Shown: one piece after another, positions 38,984 to 53,446 of the stretch
Position numbering within the stretch: position 1 is the stretch's first letter
Layout: every line of letters begins with the position of its first letter
Source of the DNA: the human T2T-CHM13v2.0 reference genome, Homo sapiens
Assembly (NCBI RefSeq): GCF_009914755.1
Contig: NC_060930.1
Length of the DNA stretch: 64,000 nt
Strand: one strand, 5' to 3'
Made by a program: the position numbers and the translations under genes
The notes under the pieces: model-generated
The model's database searches: none
Told to the model about the DNA's origin: nothing
Seen by the model: only the letters and a program-made list of their open reading frames with translations

Positions 38984-39469
38984 AACCTTAATTATAAATA
39001 TTATATAGAAATATATGTATACTTTATATATAAATATTCAATATATATAAATATGTATGTAGGAGTACCCTCTAACAATAAAAGTATCATAAATACAAAT
39101 CTGTAACAGAATCGTTTATTGTCATTATCAAGTATTATGCATTGTATAGACTGAGATGTGCTGGCATCACAGTTGGTTTGTTTACACCAATATCACTACA
39201 AACACATGAGTAATACATCGCACTGTGACGTTAAGAAGACTATGACGTCACTGGTTGATAGGAGTTTTCCAGCTCCATAATCATCTTACGGGACCGCTGT
39301 CATATATGCAATCTGTCATTGAACAAAATGTCATTGTATGACATGTGACGGTATTTATGCTTTAAGTATGTATGCATTTCAATACGTCCTAATTCACAGA
39401 GGGCAATACTTTTTATTGCTACATAAAAATGTTTCATTGGTTTGCCTAGTTTAAAAGTCCCAAAGGTTT

Positions 39470-39655
39470 TGAATTCAGACATGCATGGGTGAAATCTGTG
39501 ATTCTGCTGCTTAAATGCTGTCTGACCCTTACAAAGTTATTTAATGTCCTGGTGACTCAGTCAAATGCCTCCTCCATGGGAGTGTAGGGATGTGTCATGA
39601 GACATCATGCGGAGAGTGCCTGGCACATAGTAGGTGTTTGTAAATCACAGCTGTC
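39470..39655 (+). mobile_element. MIR fragment
   Basis: 'ttcagacatgcatgggtgaaatctg...gagtgcctggcacatagtaggtg'. Confidence 0.65.
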
Positions 39656-40253
39656 TTCACCTGTAATAGATTACGTTCATTAAAACTTGTGTTCACTAAA
39701 ACTTCTTAATAGCCGTTCAGTTTTCAAAAAAATTATCATGTTTAAATTTGATAAAGAAGAAACAAAACAAAAATTCAACAAAAAGTTCAATCCCCAAATA
39801 TCAGATAGCATGTCGAAATTTTCAATGAGTTTCTGAGTGGGGTATTATGGACTCAAGAAGCTTTTGCTTTGGGCAACAATTATATAATTGCTATGTAACT
39901 CATACACTACAAATGGATTTTACTCATAACCTATGTTTACCTCACCATGGTCTTCTTTGTCCTGATCTTCTAATGCTTATTCATCTAATCTATCAAACGT
40001 TTATGATCCCAATGAGGCAGAAATCACTTTATTTCAATTTTCACCTTGGAACAAAGAATGTGCTGTTATTTGTGTTTGCAGGTGACAACCTGGCTCACAG
40101 ACCTTTGTTAACATGGCAGCATCACCAAGGTAGTTGGTGCCATCTTGGTGTTTGTTGGAAAAAGTTTTTCGGCAGCTTCATGTCATGTTTTTCCTTCAGG
40201 ACAATCTATTGTATATTTCTTATGGAAAAAAAATCATTTTAATTTCCTTCTCA

Positions 40254-40635
<382 letters not shown>

Positions 40636-41733
40636 GAAAGGGGGGCATTTGTTAAAGGGTTTGGGGTGAGCTCCCGTTCCTGATGTGAGCAGGGCTCTGC
40701 CTTGCTCAAATTTCCTCACACAAGCCCAGGGGTGTGTCTGGATGAGGAAGCCGAGGCCTGTGGTGGCCAAGTGGGTCTTTTTCATTCCTCATGGCAAAGT
40801 GGTTTTTAATTGCACCATAAAGGATGGCGTGATCTGAGGGCCCCGTTAAGTCATCACTCATGCTAGCAGGCCTCAAGCTGTGTGGTCCCCAAACTCCAAT
40901 TTAGATCCCTGAAATACGGCCCAGCCCTGCTGCGGTTCCTTGACATTTGAGGGAGGAAATCCTAATGCTGAGTGTCCTCCAGCTTGTCCCTTGTGCTGAG
41001 TCTACAAAAGGCTCCTGCTGGGCCTCTCCAGCCATCTGGGCGGCCACAAAACAAAGACCAACAAAAGCCAAATGCCCAAAAGTTGGACGGAGGCCCTGGG
41101 GAAGAGAGCAAGACTGCAGTTACCCAGCTTCCAAGGAGGTCGGTGCCTGACTCCAGCCATGGCTCCTGTGCCTTGGGAGTCCCCCTGGGGGTTATCTGTC
41201 CTTCAGCAGTGGGAGTGGGAGGGCCTGAACCTGCCTCTGCCCACGGCCTATGTGAATCCTCAACCCAAAACTTCCAGGCAGCATCAGCCACTCCCAACTT
41301 TCTTTCCATCACTCCTTACCCGGCTTCACCATTTTCTTATGAGGACCTTCCATACAAATTAATGATGAGAAACTCCCTTTTTTTTCTCAGAGATCCTAAA
41401 ATATTACAGTCATAATTTTGATTAGTAATAGTTTCAAAAGGAAAAGAAGCATTCCAAAAAGTCTTCTCAAGCTCCTGAGACACCCCCTGTGACCTCAGTT
41501 CCAGTTCTTTATCACGCCAGGATGGCAGAACAGCTTTCTGTGTCCCAGCCTCAGCTTGGACACTTCCTGCTTTTCTCCTAACCTTGTCTGTGGGATTGTA
41601 TTTCTTGATCACAGAGTTGACACAATGTCCTTGCCTTTTATTTTCCTCAATAAATCACATCCCTGTAGACTCCAGGTGACCTGGGCCCATAATTGAGGGC
41701 AGTGGCAGGATGGCCACGATGGCCCTCTGACTC

Positions 41734-42030
41734 GATGTCCCTCTGTCCCCATGTCCGTCTTCATGTCCCTCTGTCCCTGCATCCTTCTGTCCCCATGTCC
41801 CTGTGTCCCCGTGTCCCTCTGTCCTTGCATCCCTCTGTCCTCATGTCCCTCGTGTCCCCATGTCCCTCTGTCCTGGTATCCCTCTGTCCTTACGTTCCTT
41901 TGTCCCTGTGTCTCTCTGTCCCCATGTCCACCTGTCCCCACGTCCCTCTGTCCGTGTCCCTCTGTCCCTGTGTCCCTCTGTCCCAGTGTTACTCTGCCCC
42001 TGTGTCCCTCTGTCCCCGTCTCTCTCTCTC
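41734..42030. repeat. Degenerate (TGTCCC/CTGTCCCT)n tandem repeat
   Basis: About 300 bp of 'tgtccctctgtcccca'-type units. Confidence 0.93.
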
Positions 42031-42099
42031 CCACGCTCCCGCCACGCCCCCAGGTATGTACCCACAGCCCAGTCCTTGTGGTTCTGCTGGAACCATAGG

Positions 42100-42970
42100 G
42101 GTGGTGCGGGGGAGGCCGAGGTACCCCCGTGTGTCTGAGCAGGGTCTCCACTGACCAGAGGCACGGTGGGAGCGGGCGCGTGGTACTCTGGTGCATCTGT
42201 CATCCAACTTGGCAAACGGAGCTGACATCATGGAGATGTGCGGTTGGGAGGGGGGACGCACAGGGGGAGGCTGGGGGGCAGGGAGGAGAGCCAGGAGGGG
42301 TGCTGGGGACACGGAGGGACAGGAGGTGGCACTGAGGGAGGGGCACAGTGAGAGAGAGGACAAAGTGGGTCATGAGGTGGGCGCAGGCGGGATGAGCCCA
42401 GGGGGAAGGGGCAGGGAGGTAGGAAGTGGGGACAGAGGGACATCAGGAGGGGCACGGAGGGGACAGGTAAGGGCCAATAACTTGCCTGGGTGACGCCAGC
42501 CGCACAGCCTCGGTTGTCCCCTGACCAGGACGTGGCCTGCCGGGTAGGGCACAGGGAATGTCGGGGCCGACCCGGGAGAGCCTGACTTCCTGCGGGCCCT
42601 CCGCCGTGGTCTAGACGCTTCCCCTCTTGTGCGCTCAGGTGGAGCGCGGAGGCCAAGCTCAGTCTGACCCAGGAACCACCAGGTCCCCGGCAAAACACAG
42701 GGAAGGGTCTAAGCCCTGACGTCCCTCCAGACCCCACGCCCATTCGCGGCTGCCCGCTGGGGAGGTGCAGGGGTGACGCGGGGCGGGGGCACCCGGTGTC
42801 CAGCTCGAGACCTGTGCGGGGACAGGAGGTGCCCGGTGACAGCGCCAAGCTCCACCCCGAACTCTCCCAGAAGAACTCCTCCCAGTAATTCCTGGGAATG
42901 TGGTGGTCTCTCCAATTCAACAAAACGAACCGAGTATCCTCCTCCCTCACTGCTGCCTCCCGCAAAACGC
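42100..42970. promoter_or_regulatory. Second CpG-rich region / candidate promoter or enhancer
   Basis: CpG-dense 42490-42970, GC box ggggcgggg near 42780, CCAAT near 42474, CRE-half tgacg sites, ETS-type acttcctg. Confidence 0.6.
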
Positions 42971-43132
42971 CAAGGAAACCAAAGCTAAACCCACCTACCT
43001 ACAGAAACACACCTTACGTGGTTCCAAGTGCACCGGTGTGCTGGTGGTTGTTAAAAATGGAGAGGATGGTACTACTGAACATACATTATGTATTTCAATT
43101 CTTGGCTTTAAATCTGTTTTCTTTCTAATGCA

Positions 43133-43434
43133 TTTTTTATTGCAATAGGTTTTTGGGAACAGGTGGTGTTTGGCTACATGAGTAAGTTCTTTAGTGGTGA
43201 TTTCTGAGATTTTGGTCACCCGTCACCCAAGCAGTGCACGCTGCACCCAATATGTTGTCTTGTATCCCTTGTCCCCCTCCCGCATTTTCCTCTGAGTCCC
43301 CAAAGTCCATTGTATCATTCTTACGCCTTTGCATCCTCATAGCTTAGCTCCCACATATAAGTAAGAACATATGATGTTTGGTTTTCCATTCCTGAGTTAC
43401 TTCACTTAGAATAGTGGTCTCCAATTCCATCCAG
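43133..43434 (-). mobile_element. L1PB1-like 3' end
   Basis: 'gggaacaggtggtgtttggctacatgagtaagttctttagtggtgatttctgagattttgg...gagttacttcacttagaat'. Confidence 0.85.
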
Positions 43435-46400
43435 GAAGAAAAACCGACTCTTCATTAACTGCTGGCCCCACAGAATCTGTTCTAGACTAGCACAGGAGGG
43501 GTAAATGTCATCTCAATGATGCTCAGGCCAGGAGCCTACTCTTGGATTACCCATTTGCAGAAGAAAAATGATCAAAATGAGTACCAAGACGTGGAACCCT
43601 AACAAGAGAGAAATAATTCTAGCTAGAGAAAAATGTTGGTTCTAAGGCATAGTTCTTTGTTAATAACAATGGAATTAGAAGTGTGAATTATTCCTGAATA
43701 TACTAAACACCTACTGTTACAGGCTAGACCTGCAGTAGGTATGAAATATACAGAGAAAAAGAGTAACCTCCTTGCTGAGAAGAATGTCAAAGTCCAGAGG
43801 ATGAAAAGTATTCAATGCCTATTTGAGAATAAGCTAGGTCTGAAAAATTAGTTGTATTAGCTAGGGGTGTTGGGACAGAAGTGTAAGTAAGTTTAAACAA
43901 AAGTGAAATGCAGGTAATGACATAGACATACACATACATAATATAGGTGTACATACATACACACATGAACTTAGACAAGTGCTTATTCATGTGTACTCAC
44001 ATATGTGCATTAACTGGGAACAGGAGATGTTAGTATTCCCATTTATGAAGATATTGAAGTTCTGAGGAATGAGGTAAAATTCACAAGGTTGCACAGGTGG
44101 ATAAGCTGCAGTTTGAAAATTCGATCACAGGCTCCTTAAAGCTGTTCTTTTTTGAGGAGATCTTGCTGAAGCCTGAACTGAAAAATGAGCAGCCGTCACC
44201 AGCATCCCAAGGGAAGCAGAGCCCACTGCGGGCAGTGGAGGCCCTGTGCCCCCACCCTAAATGTCCCATCAGAGTTCTGTTCTCTTCCTGCCCTCAAACC
44301 TCTCCTGACTTGTTCTTGCCTGGTATGTATTTAACAAAGAAGAAAGCTTTCAGTGTGCAAGAAGAAAAAAAGGCTAATTTAAGGTAACACGGCAGCGTTA
44401 ATGAAATCAAGCTAGTTAATCAGTAAAGTATTGTAAAAAATAGCATCTATCTTAGATCCTGCCTCCATTCCACTTTGATTGGGCTGGTGCTTATCAGGGG
44501 TCACCCTGCAGATGAAGTGTTGGGGTCCCCACCAAAAGAGAAAAGGTACAGAATGAGAAGATGGAGGGTAAGAAATGGCCCCAGTTTCATTCCCAGGCTG
44601 CTGGGGTGCTCCCAGTGTCCTTTTGATAGTGGCAGGCCCTAAGGATGCTCTCCAGCGCATCAGAGCCCTTGTGCAGGCCACTCTGCCTCCCTGATATCGC
44701 TGCTCCCCCAGTGGAGCTGCCCTGGGCACAGCTGCTGGATTTTCAGATGCCCAGTGCTGAGTCTTCCTCCATTTGTCCCTGGTAACCATTAAGGGGCTCA
44801 TGATCTCATCGGCCATGCAGTCCCACTATAAGGCAAGCACGGGATACACAGTTAGAACCTTAAAACATTCTGTAGTTCAATCTCTAATGGAAACAATACT
44901 GGTAAATCAACCTTAATTGGTTCCAGCAGCAGCCTTGAGAAGCTTTCAGATTCCCTTCCATGAGGATGTACTAAGATGAGGCCCCCATCCTGGGGAGGAG
45001 CATGCTTCGCCATCAGGAACCGGGCAGGTGAAATGTGGTGCCTAAAGTGCAGCATGCCACAGCCAGCACCCAGCACCTCTGTGTAAGGGTAAATGGCAGT
45101 CCATCCCAGCAAAAGTGATCGGATCTCTCGATAAACTGCCGGTCCCATCTAACCAACAGATCCTACTCTCAAGTTTCCGAACTCTTACTTTTCCCCAATG
45201 CTTCCTCTGCTGGCTGACCTGAGCCCTCTCCTGCTGGTATCTGGCATGGAGGAGATGTTTCTCCAGCAAAGGAAAGATGTCCCTTATCAGACACGGCTGG
45301 GCTCTCCCCCACCTCTCAGCAGCAGCCTTGCGGCCCCTAACACCAGGGCTGCCAGGCAACAGCACCAGAAGAAAGGTGAGCTGTACTACGTTAGCAGGTA
45401 CCTACACTCAGGGAAGAAATGTACAACACGGACAACTGTACACAGGCGAAGTTAAATTTAGGGTCTGTGTGGCAGCGGCAATAAACTGAAACTTCAGATA
45501 ACCCCTCAAATATTCTGGAAATCTTATTGAACAAATGAGTATCAACATGAAGACATGAAGATTCAGTATCTTGCAAGCAATTCTGGGGTCAAAAATGCTG
45601 TTTCAAGGTTGGAGGTGAAAAGCAAAACTTATTGACAAGCTACAATGAAAATAGAAGAATCAGTTTGCCTTACTGCTGTATCATTTTCTCCATGAAGTGC
45701 CTAGGGGAGGCCTCACAAAGGCGCCTCTGTCCCGCACTGTCTCCAGACAGTCGCTCAGCTACCACCCACCGCTTTCCTTTGCGTGGGAGCTGCGCTACCT
45801 AAACACTGGAGAAACAAGCCAAACAGTGACAATCCTCCTCAGTCAATGATGCACTAATATTCTCCTCTAGAATACATTCCAAAGCCAGGCTTGCTGGTCC
45901 CTTCCGAAATAACTCAAATGGCTTCCAGCCTCTGCCTCCATATGAGGATCTCGGTGGGGATCTTAGGTGGATTTTAGATTACCGGTTTGCCGCATGTCCA
46001 GGAGTGGGGAGCAGCCTGCCCTCCACCCCCACAGGAGCAGTGTGCACACCGGGAGTTACCCACAAGACCAGACGCTGAAACGCTGCATCTTAGGAAGTGG
46101 GACCAGGGCCTCCAGGTCCTGTTTGTGTTTATGTCTTGTCCTTCCATGGATTATGAACGGGAGATGTTCTGTCTCCTTTGTGAAGGGACAATCTGAGCAC
46201 CTAACACCCCTATAAGCAAATAAATGCAGAGGTAATTAAACTTCAATTCTCCCCCATTTCTTGTGCCAATAACACACGCTCTTTCAGAGTCAAACTGATG
46301 TGAATGGATAATTCCAACGAAATCCAAAAGCTGATTTTAAAGGTGCTGGAGCTTTAACATCCATGATTGCATCAGACCTAAACAACCAACTCTAAACTTT

Positions 46401-46573
46401 GAGGAGTCATAGGAAAGCACTTCCACTTTTCTCTGAAAAAACCCCCAGGTGCCAATCATCCTACTGGGAACCACATGACATTTTATCTACATAAGATAGC
46501 TTAAAATAACTTTTAAACAGAGTCCTCTCCCTCAACAAAGTCATCCCTCCCTTCTGGTAAGAAAGGATTGCCA

Positions 46574-47258
<685 letters not shown>

Positions 47259-50200
47259 GCAGGAATCATTTCCTTAGTAAAAGACTCCACTCTCCCCGCT
47301 GCCTTTTTAATACTGTTTTCTTGGATACTTACTAACACTTCATATTCTGCCTTTCTTTTGTGCTTCTCAATTCTCCCCCTTACGTCTTCTACTCCTCCAG
47401 ATGTCCTATTGTTTTGTTTTTGTGTTTTTACTTAAAGACAAATGCAAACAAACAAAAAAACCACAGAAACCTCCAACTACAAGGCCAACAGGAAGTCAGA
47501 AGAGACATCAAAGGACTGTTACAATGAGACATCATGGAAGTTACAAAAGTGAATGTATTTTTCAGTATCTTTAGTTTACACCCTAGGAAAGTCTCTAGTA
47601 TTTTGTTTTAGAATATATGTATACATATAAATATTTTATATATAACTTATATGTATGTTTAAAGTCCAAATGGAAAATACTTAGTTCCTGTCACAAGCAA
47701 CTGCAGCTTCCTCGGTGGGAGACAGAAGTGGTGGTGGGAGGCGGAGAGGAACGTTCTGGAGGAAGGAACGAAACAGCCGCTCTCATTCAACCGCTTAATT
47801 TAACCTAAGAGGAAACTTTGACTCCAAGAGGTTAACTACCTTGTCGAAGTTTATAAAGTAGATGATTTATGGAGCTGGACTTAGAATCCTGATTTAAAAA
47901 AAAAAATTGGTGTGTGTTTTTCTTTTACTTAGGATTTTTGGAAGCACATTGAGTGGGGACCTCATTTTAGACAGAATGGAAGCACATTTGTCAGGAGGGC
48001 ACTTCTGCTCCTCTGGGCCTCTGGCTTCTCAGCCAACCCCAGGAACCCAGCTTCGAGCTCCGCTGCCTTCTCCGTGGCCCTAAACAACCCGCAGTATCAG
48101 CGTTCCCACCCACTCTTCATCAAAGCCGTTTCCTCGGTGTGGATGAGCCCAGCTAGGAAACAGGAACAAAGTTTTAAAAATGTCACTGGCAATGACTGAT
48201 ACACTTAATTCTGGTTAAGGTGGGAAGTTTACATTTCAAGAGGCTTTTCTGGGTTTGACAGAGTTTAATTGGCAGAATGTGTTGGAGACATTTTGTGGTG
48301 AGAAAACACGGTCTTCACCCCTCACATATTCCGGGTTAACTCCTCCCTGCAGAATTTAAATTCACAATACTGAGGTTGGCGAGGACTCTTTCATAAGGCA
48401 CGATCCCAGCCCTGCCTGGTCCATGTCTAATGTCAGAGTGAGGGTGCCATGTACCCATCACCTGTGTGAGCTATTCTGAGCTGGAAAAACAATTAACACC
48501 ATCAAGAATCGTAACCGATTCGAATAATCTGCTCATTCTTATTTTTACAGTCCTATAACATCTTTATTCTCCTATTTGGTTATAGGATTTTCAGTTTATA
48601 AAATGACATTCATGGATGTCCCTGTGGCTTCTCTTCTCAGGACATTACACAATGAAATTCAAGTGATCTTTGAAAGAAATACAGGAGGTTTTTTTCTCTT
48701 TATTGTATGGCGTTCAGAGGTCCTTGACAAGGAGCTAGAGGCAATTTGTCCAGCCTCAATTATGATTCACCAGCCTGGATAAACTGTAATATACAAACGT
48801 GAACACATTTATCTTCATTAAGTCCCTACTGTTCTAGGTGTAGTGAGGTGGGAAGGCTAATCTCATACCCTGGGTGGGAAATACAGAGAGGACGCAGAGG
48901 AGGCACCTGCCCTTTGCAGGCATGGAAGACAATGGACCCTTCCAGGGCCTCAGGCAAAGAACTTCTCCCAGGTGCTGGATTCAGCAAGAAGTGACACCAC
49001 CTGTGCATGCCCCAGGGCGTAGCAGGCAGCCAGCTGAGGGCTGGAGGAGCAGGCAGTGCCCCAGAGCCCATCAAGCAGTTCCTTCAGCATGAGGGGGGCC
49101 CAAGTTCCTGGAGGGAGCAGCTGCTCTGCCAACCAGGCTGAGCACAGCCAGGGGCAGCAATTCTTCTCGAGATGTTCTTGTCCCATTTGATCATGCACAC
49201 CTGGATTGGCAATGGCAGGAAAGACCAGCCCTGGGAAGGTTCTGACTTCCATTCCAGGTAAGAGTTGATAAAGATCAGGTAGGAAAGGTGCAGGCATGAG
49301 ATGAAGGTGGTCCCAAAGCAGGAGCTGAAGTCACGTGGAGGAAATGCCATCAGCCAAAAGGTCTAGCCGAGACCTGATTCCAATGTCTTCCTGCTAAGAT
49401 CAGGTAATTCACAGCAGTCTGCCTAGAAGACAGTCTCTGGAGACCTAGTCATGTGAGTGCCCCCAGCAGCACATACTAGAGAGGACAATGTAGCCACTGG
49501 AGTGACTGAATAGATAAGGAATAAGTGCTTTGTCCCACTTGCGAGGGGCTCACGGAGGGTGAGCTGGAAGGAGCTTAGGGACTTCATATGTAGGTGTGGC
49601 AACACCTGGGACCACATGGAGCCCTCCCCAGTTACCCAGGCAGAACACCTGCCCTGCAGACTCCTCAACCAGTTGGGGCCAGGTACCCAGGTGACACTCA
49701 GGTCCAGAAATGCAGTGGGACTCACCAGATGCTGGGTAGACTAACAATCACTGTTTGTATTGCCAGGACTGGAAGCCACACTTTCCAAACTGGCAGTCCC
49801 AGCCCTTTCTACTCTACACAGCACCCCTGAAGCAAGCACAGAGGAGAAATCTAAGTCTGTGCAGCCTGGGGGTGACGCTGGCTAGTGGCCGGGTGGCTGA
49901 GCTGGTGCCCCTGTCTTTTGTATCCTTCCCGCCTGGGAGTGGGGGGAGTGAGACGATCAGAGCCCAGGTGTGTTCAGTTTAGTGGAACAAACATTTCAAA
50001 TGGTGAAGAGCAGCAGGGGCTTGGAAGGCACAGATCTGGAATCCCAGCTCAACTTCTTTTCACAAGCCACAGGACCAAGAGCAAGTATTTGCCTTGCTCT
50101 GCCACAAAACTTCTCCTCAGCACAATGGATCCCTCCCCTATTCAGCACCACGTGGCTGGTCTTGGCTCTGTTCTGGAGGCAGCGACTCCAGGTGAACAAG

Positions 50201-52265
50201 AGTGGCTGCCATCCAGAGACTCACATCTAGACAGAGACAGAGTCAACAGGGGATGTTTGAAGAGTGGCCAGGCATTGTGCCAGCTGGCAGGGAAGGCAGC
50301 CACGTGGAGCCATGACAAGTACCAGTTCCTACAAACTCCTACGGCAGAGCTGGGGATGCAGAAGTGAGAGGAGTTAGCTTCCTTCGGCTCAGTGCACCAG
50401 CAGGGTTAGGAGCCAGGGCTCCAGGTGGAGAGGCCTAGCCAGGGCTTGGGAGCTCAGGGGCCAGGGGTGTTGGCAGATGCTGACCAAGTCAGAGTCCAGC
50501 TTTTCGGAGCACGTGTGGGCTGCAGAAGTCATTCAGCGGGAGGCAGTGCACAGAGGGCAGTTGGCGAGGACACAGTGCAGAGAGAGGTGGGGAAGGGCCG
50601 TCCTCGGATGTGTCAGAAACTGCAGGTCATCACAAGGCTGGATCCTGATGGGTAACTCCCATACCTCCAGCCCCAGAGACCTGCAATTTATGATATTTTA
50701 ACAATGATAAAATTGAGCCTTTGAAACAAATTTATTTTTCTTTGCTCCTGCCTCACTTTCTCACTCAAATGTCTTGGGATATTCCTTTATACGGATGGGC
50801 TTTGGCAGATGTGCCATCCCAGGCTGCCCTGGGCCCATTCCGCTGGTCACTGTCCAACAATTTTCCTTTATATCCTGATCTTTCTCCCTCAGGCCACTGG
50901 CATCCAGGGTGCATTCTGCTCCTGAGGCCAAGGCGAGGACAGCACTGCCCACGCCTCCTGTGCTCGCCAGCTCTGCTGCACGAGCTTCCTTCCTCCCTGC
51001 TGGTCTAAGCTCGTGGACGCCCACAGAGCCCCCAGGGAAGCCTCCTTGTAGGACTGGGGCTGATGTCTCACAGCCCTTCCAGGGAGGGCTTTGCAGTTGG
51101 GGCAGTTTCCTTACACCCTGTTTCCGGGGTTGGTGTGAGAGGACCCTGCAGGGCTGAGAGACCGGAGCTCCCGCCAATGCACCTGGAGAACAGGGAGTCC
51201 CTGGAGCTGGGCTCCAGCTCAGAACGGCCTTGGCACAGCCAGCAGCGTACAGGAGGAGGGGGAGCGTTTCCTAGGGCAGGCACGGGCTGAGCAGGACCCA
51301 GGAAGGGCAAAGCCAGGCAGAGTAAGTTGAGCCACGATAAATTATCATTTTTGTGGGTCAGAAAGTCTTCCAGTATTAGCAGTTTGCTCTAGTTCAGCCT
51401 CGCCCCACGCTGTCTCCCCTCTTTGGACAAGCTGCTGTCTCCCAGCTGAACTTGTCTTCTTCTGAAGCATGGCCTTCTATCGGGGAAAACATCAATCTTG
51501 TCACAGTGCTCAAACATTTTGCCCAATCTAAAACGCTTTCGCTGTTTTCTCTGCCTGTCCAAAGCCTCCGTCTTCTGAGCTGGTAGGAGCCAAGTTTCCT
51601 GGCGAGCCATGGGTGCTCTGTGCTTGCTGTCATTGTTGTGACTGGTGAGAAGCAAGACTCAGAGGGGACTGTAGATCGTCCAAGGCTACACCAGACCTCT
51701 TCCGACCATGTCACAACCCTACACACGAGTCTCATTGAACAAATAACTATTTTCTGAAACATTTGAGGGTACTTCTACCTTTCTTCCGAGTGACAAGAGT
51801 CTAGCGCCCACTATGTTCGTTTTGAAAAGTTCTGACCGGCGCACGTCGGCACAGCCCCTCTTAGGGGTCTTTCTGAGCTGCTAACCCCATGGGGCAAGCC
51901 CTTCGGCCTCCATGACTATCTGCAGATACTCCAGCGGTCAGGCAGCTCTTCTATTCCAAACAACATGCTCTTTCTGCTTCTGATTAAGTCTTACAATATT
52001 GATTACTTTATAATTAGTCACATGCTAGCATTTATCTATGTACCAGGTTGTCTTCCAGATGGGTCATTCAGAGAATCCTGCCTCGGGGCAGTGACCTCTG
52101 CGGTCAGTGATATCTGGGGACCAAGCTGAGAAATGACAGGTTCAGATTGGCTTAGCCCTCAAGGGCACACTGTCCTCCTGGAGCTGAAAGTGGGGGGTCA
52201 GAAGGGGAATAGGAAAACTCACCTCCCATGGTACCTCTGAATTCCCCCAAAGCTTAAGAGTAATT

Positions 52266-52681
52266 CCAACCCAAATGTCCAACAATGATAGACTGGATTA
52301 AGAAAATGTGGCACATATACACCAAGGAATACTATGCAGCCATAAAAAATGATGAGTTCATGTCGTTTGTAGGGACATGGATGAAATTGGAAATCATCAT
52401 TCTCAGTAAACTATCGCAAGAACAAAAAAACCAAACACCGCGTATTCTCACTCACAGGTGGGAATTGAACAATGAGATCACATGGACACAGGAAGGGGAA
52501 CATCACACTCTGGGGACTGTTGTGGGGTGGGGGGAGGGGGGAGGGATAGCACTGGGAGATATACCTAATGCTAGATGACGAGTTAGTGGGTGCAGCACAC
52601 CAGCATGGCACATGTATACATATGTAACTAACCTGCACATTGTGCACATGTACCCTAAAACTTAAAGTATAATAAAAAAAA
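52266..52681 (+). mobile_element. 5'-truncated L1PA2-type element (ORF2 C-terminus + 3' UTR)
   Basis: Encodes the L1 ORF2p tail MIDWIKKMWHIYT...KLSQEQK; 'gatgacgagttagtggg' (GAG, not L1HS ACA/ACG); poly(A); TSD aagagtaat at 52256-52264 and 52682-52690. Confidence 0.95.
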
Positions 52682-53132
52682 AAGAGTAATACAAACTCCA
52701 AATCAGGAAATTAGAGGCCCAGAGAAATGAAATACTGTAAGAAAGAACAAGATTATAATGCTAACTAAGAACATAACTAACATGCTTCAAGCTGCAATTC
52801 TGAGACAACATTATTGGTATAGCCATGTATGGCCGCAGAGTTAAAATCGTCTATTCTTTCCTCTGTAAGTTTTTTTTCCCTTTTCATTTATTAATTTTCT
52901 TCCTTTCTCTGCTTTCAAACATTCCTTTACCTGCTGCATCATAAACTATGTTGGCTCTATGTTTAATCTTTTGCCCATGTTTTTAGCTTAAAAATGTAAG
53001 TAAACATTTGCTGCCAGAGGTTCTTTTAGAAAAAATGGATTCATCTAGGTTACACCTCACTAATTGTGAATGATGTTTAACTCAAGGAGTCCTAAGTTCC
53101 TCCAAGTAATCTGCTGATTTATATCTCTCCTG

Positions 53133-53446
53133 GTTTTTTTTTTTTTTTTTTTTTTTTGGGGCAGGAGGCGGTGGGAGAACAGAGTCTCACTCCGTCGCCC
53201 AGGCTGGAGTGCAGCGGCACAATCTCGGCTCACTGCAAGCTCCGCCTCCCAGGTTCATGCCATTCTCCTGCCTCAGCCTCCTGAGTAGCTGGGACTACAG
53301 GCGCCTGCCACCACACCCGGCTAATTTTTTGTATTTTTAGTAGAGACAGGGTTTCACCGTGTTAGCCAGGATGGTCTCGATCTCCTGACCTCGTGATCCG
53401 CCTGCCTCGGCCTCCCAAAGTGCTGGGGTTACAGGCGTGAGCCACC
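53133..53446 (-). mobile_element. AluY, slightly 5'-truncated
   Basis: AluY diagnostics; 13-bp TSD tatatctctcctg at 53120-53132 and 53447-53459. Confidence 0.94.

Larger units (their letters stand above)
37611..39351 (+). mobile_element. Tigger3 (Golem) non-autonomous DNA transposon, Tigger3b-like
   Basis: 5' 'cttagcaacggggacatgttctgagaaatg' and 3' 'atcttacgggacc...catgtgacgg' match Tigger3 ends; TA on both sides; interrupted by a minisatellite, AluY and (TA)n. Confidence 0.85.

Noticed and set aside
41609-42965. Multiple 100-245-aa ORFs
   Set aside because: Derived from the tgtccc repeat and GC-rich sequence
47614-47629. 16-bp palindrome tatatgtatacatata
   Set aside because: Low-complexity TA-rich sequence
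52285-52578. 97-aa ORF
   Set aside because: L1 ORF2p C-terminal remnant frameshifting into the 3' UTR; not a host gene
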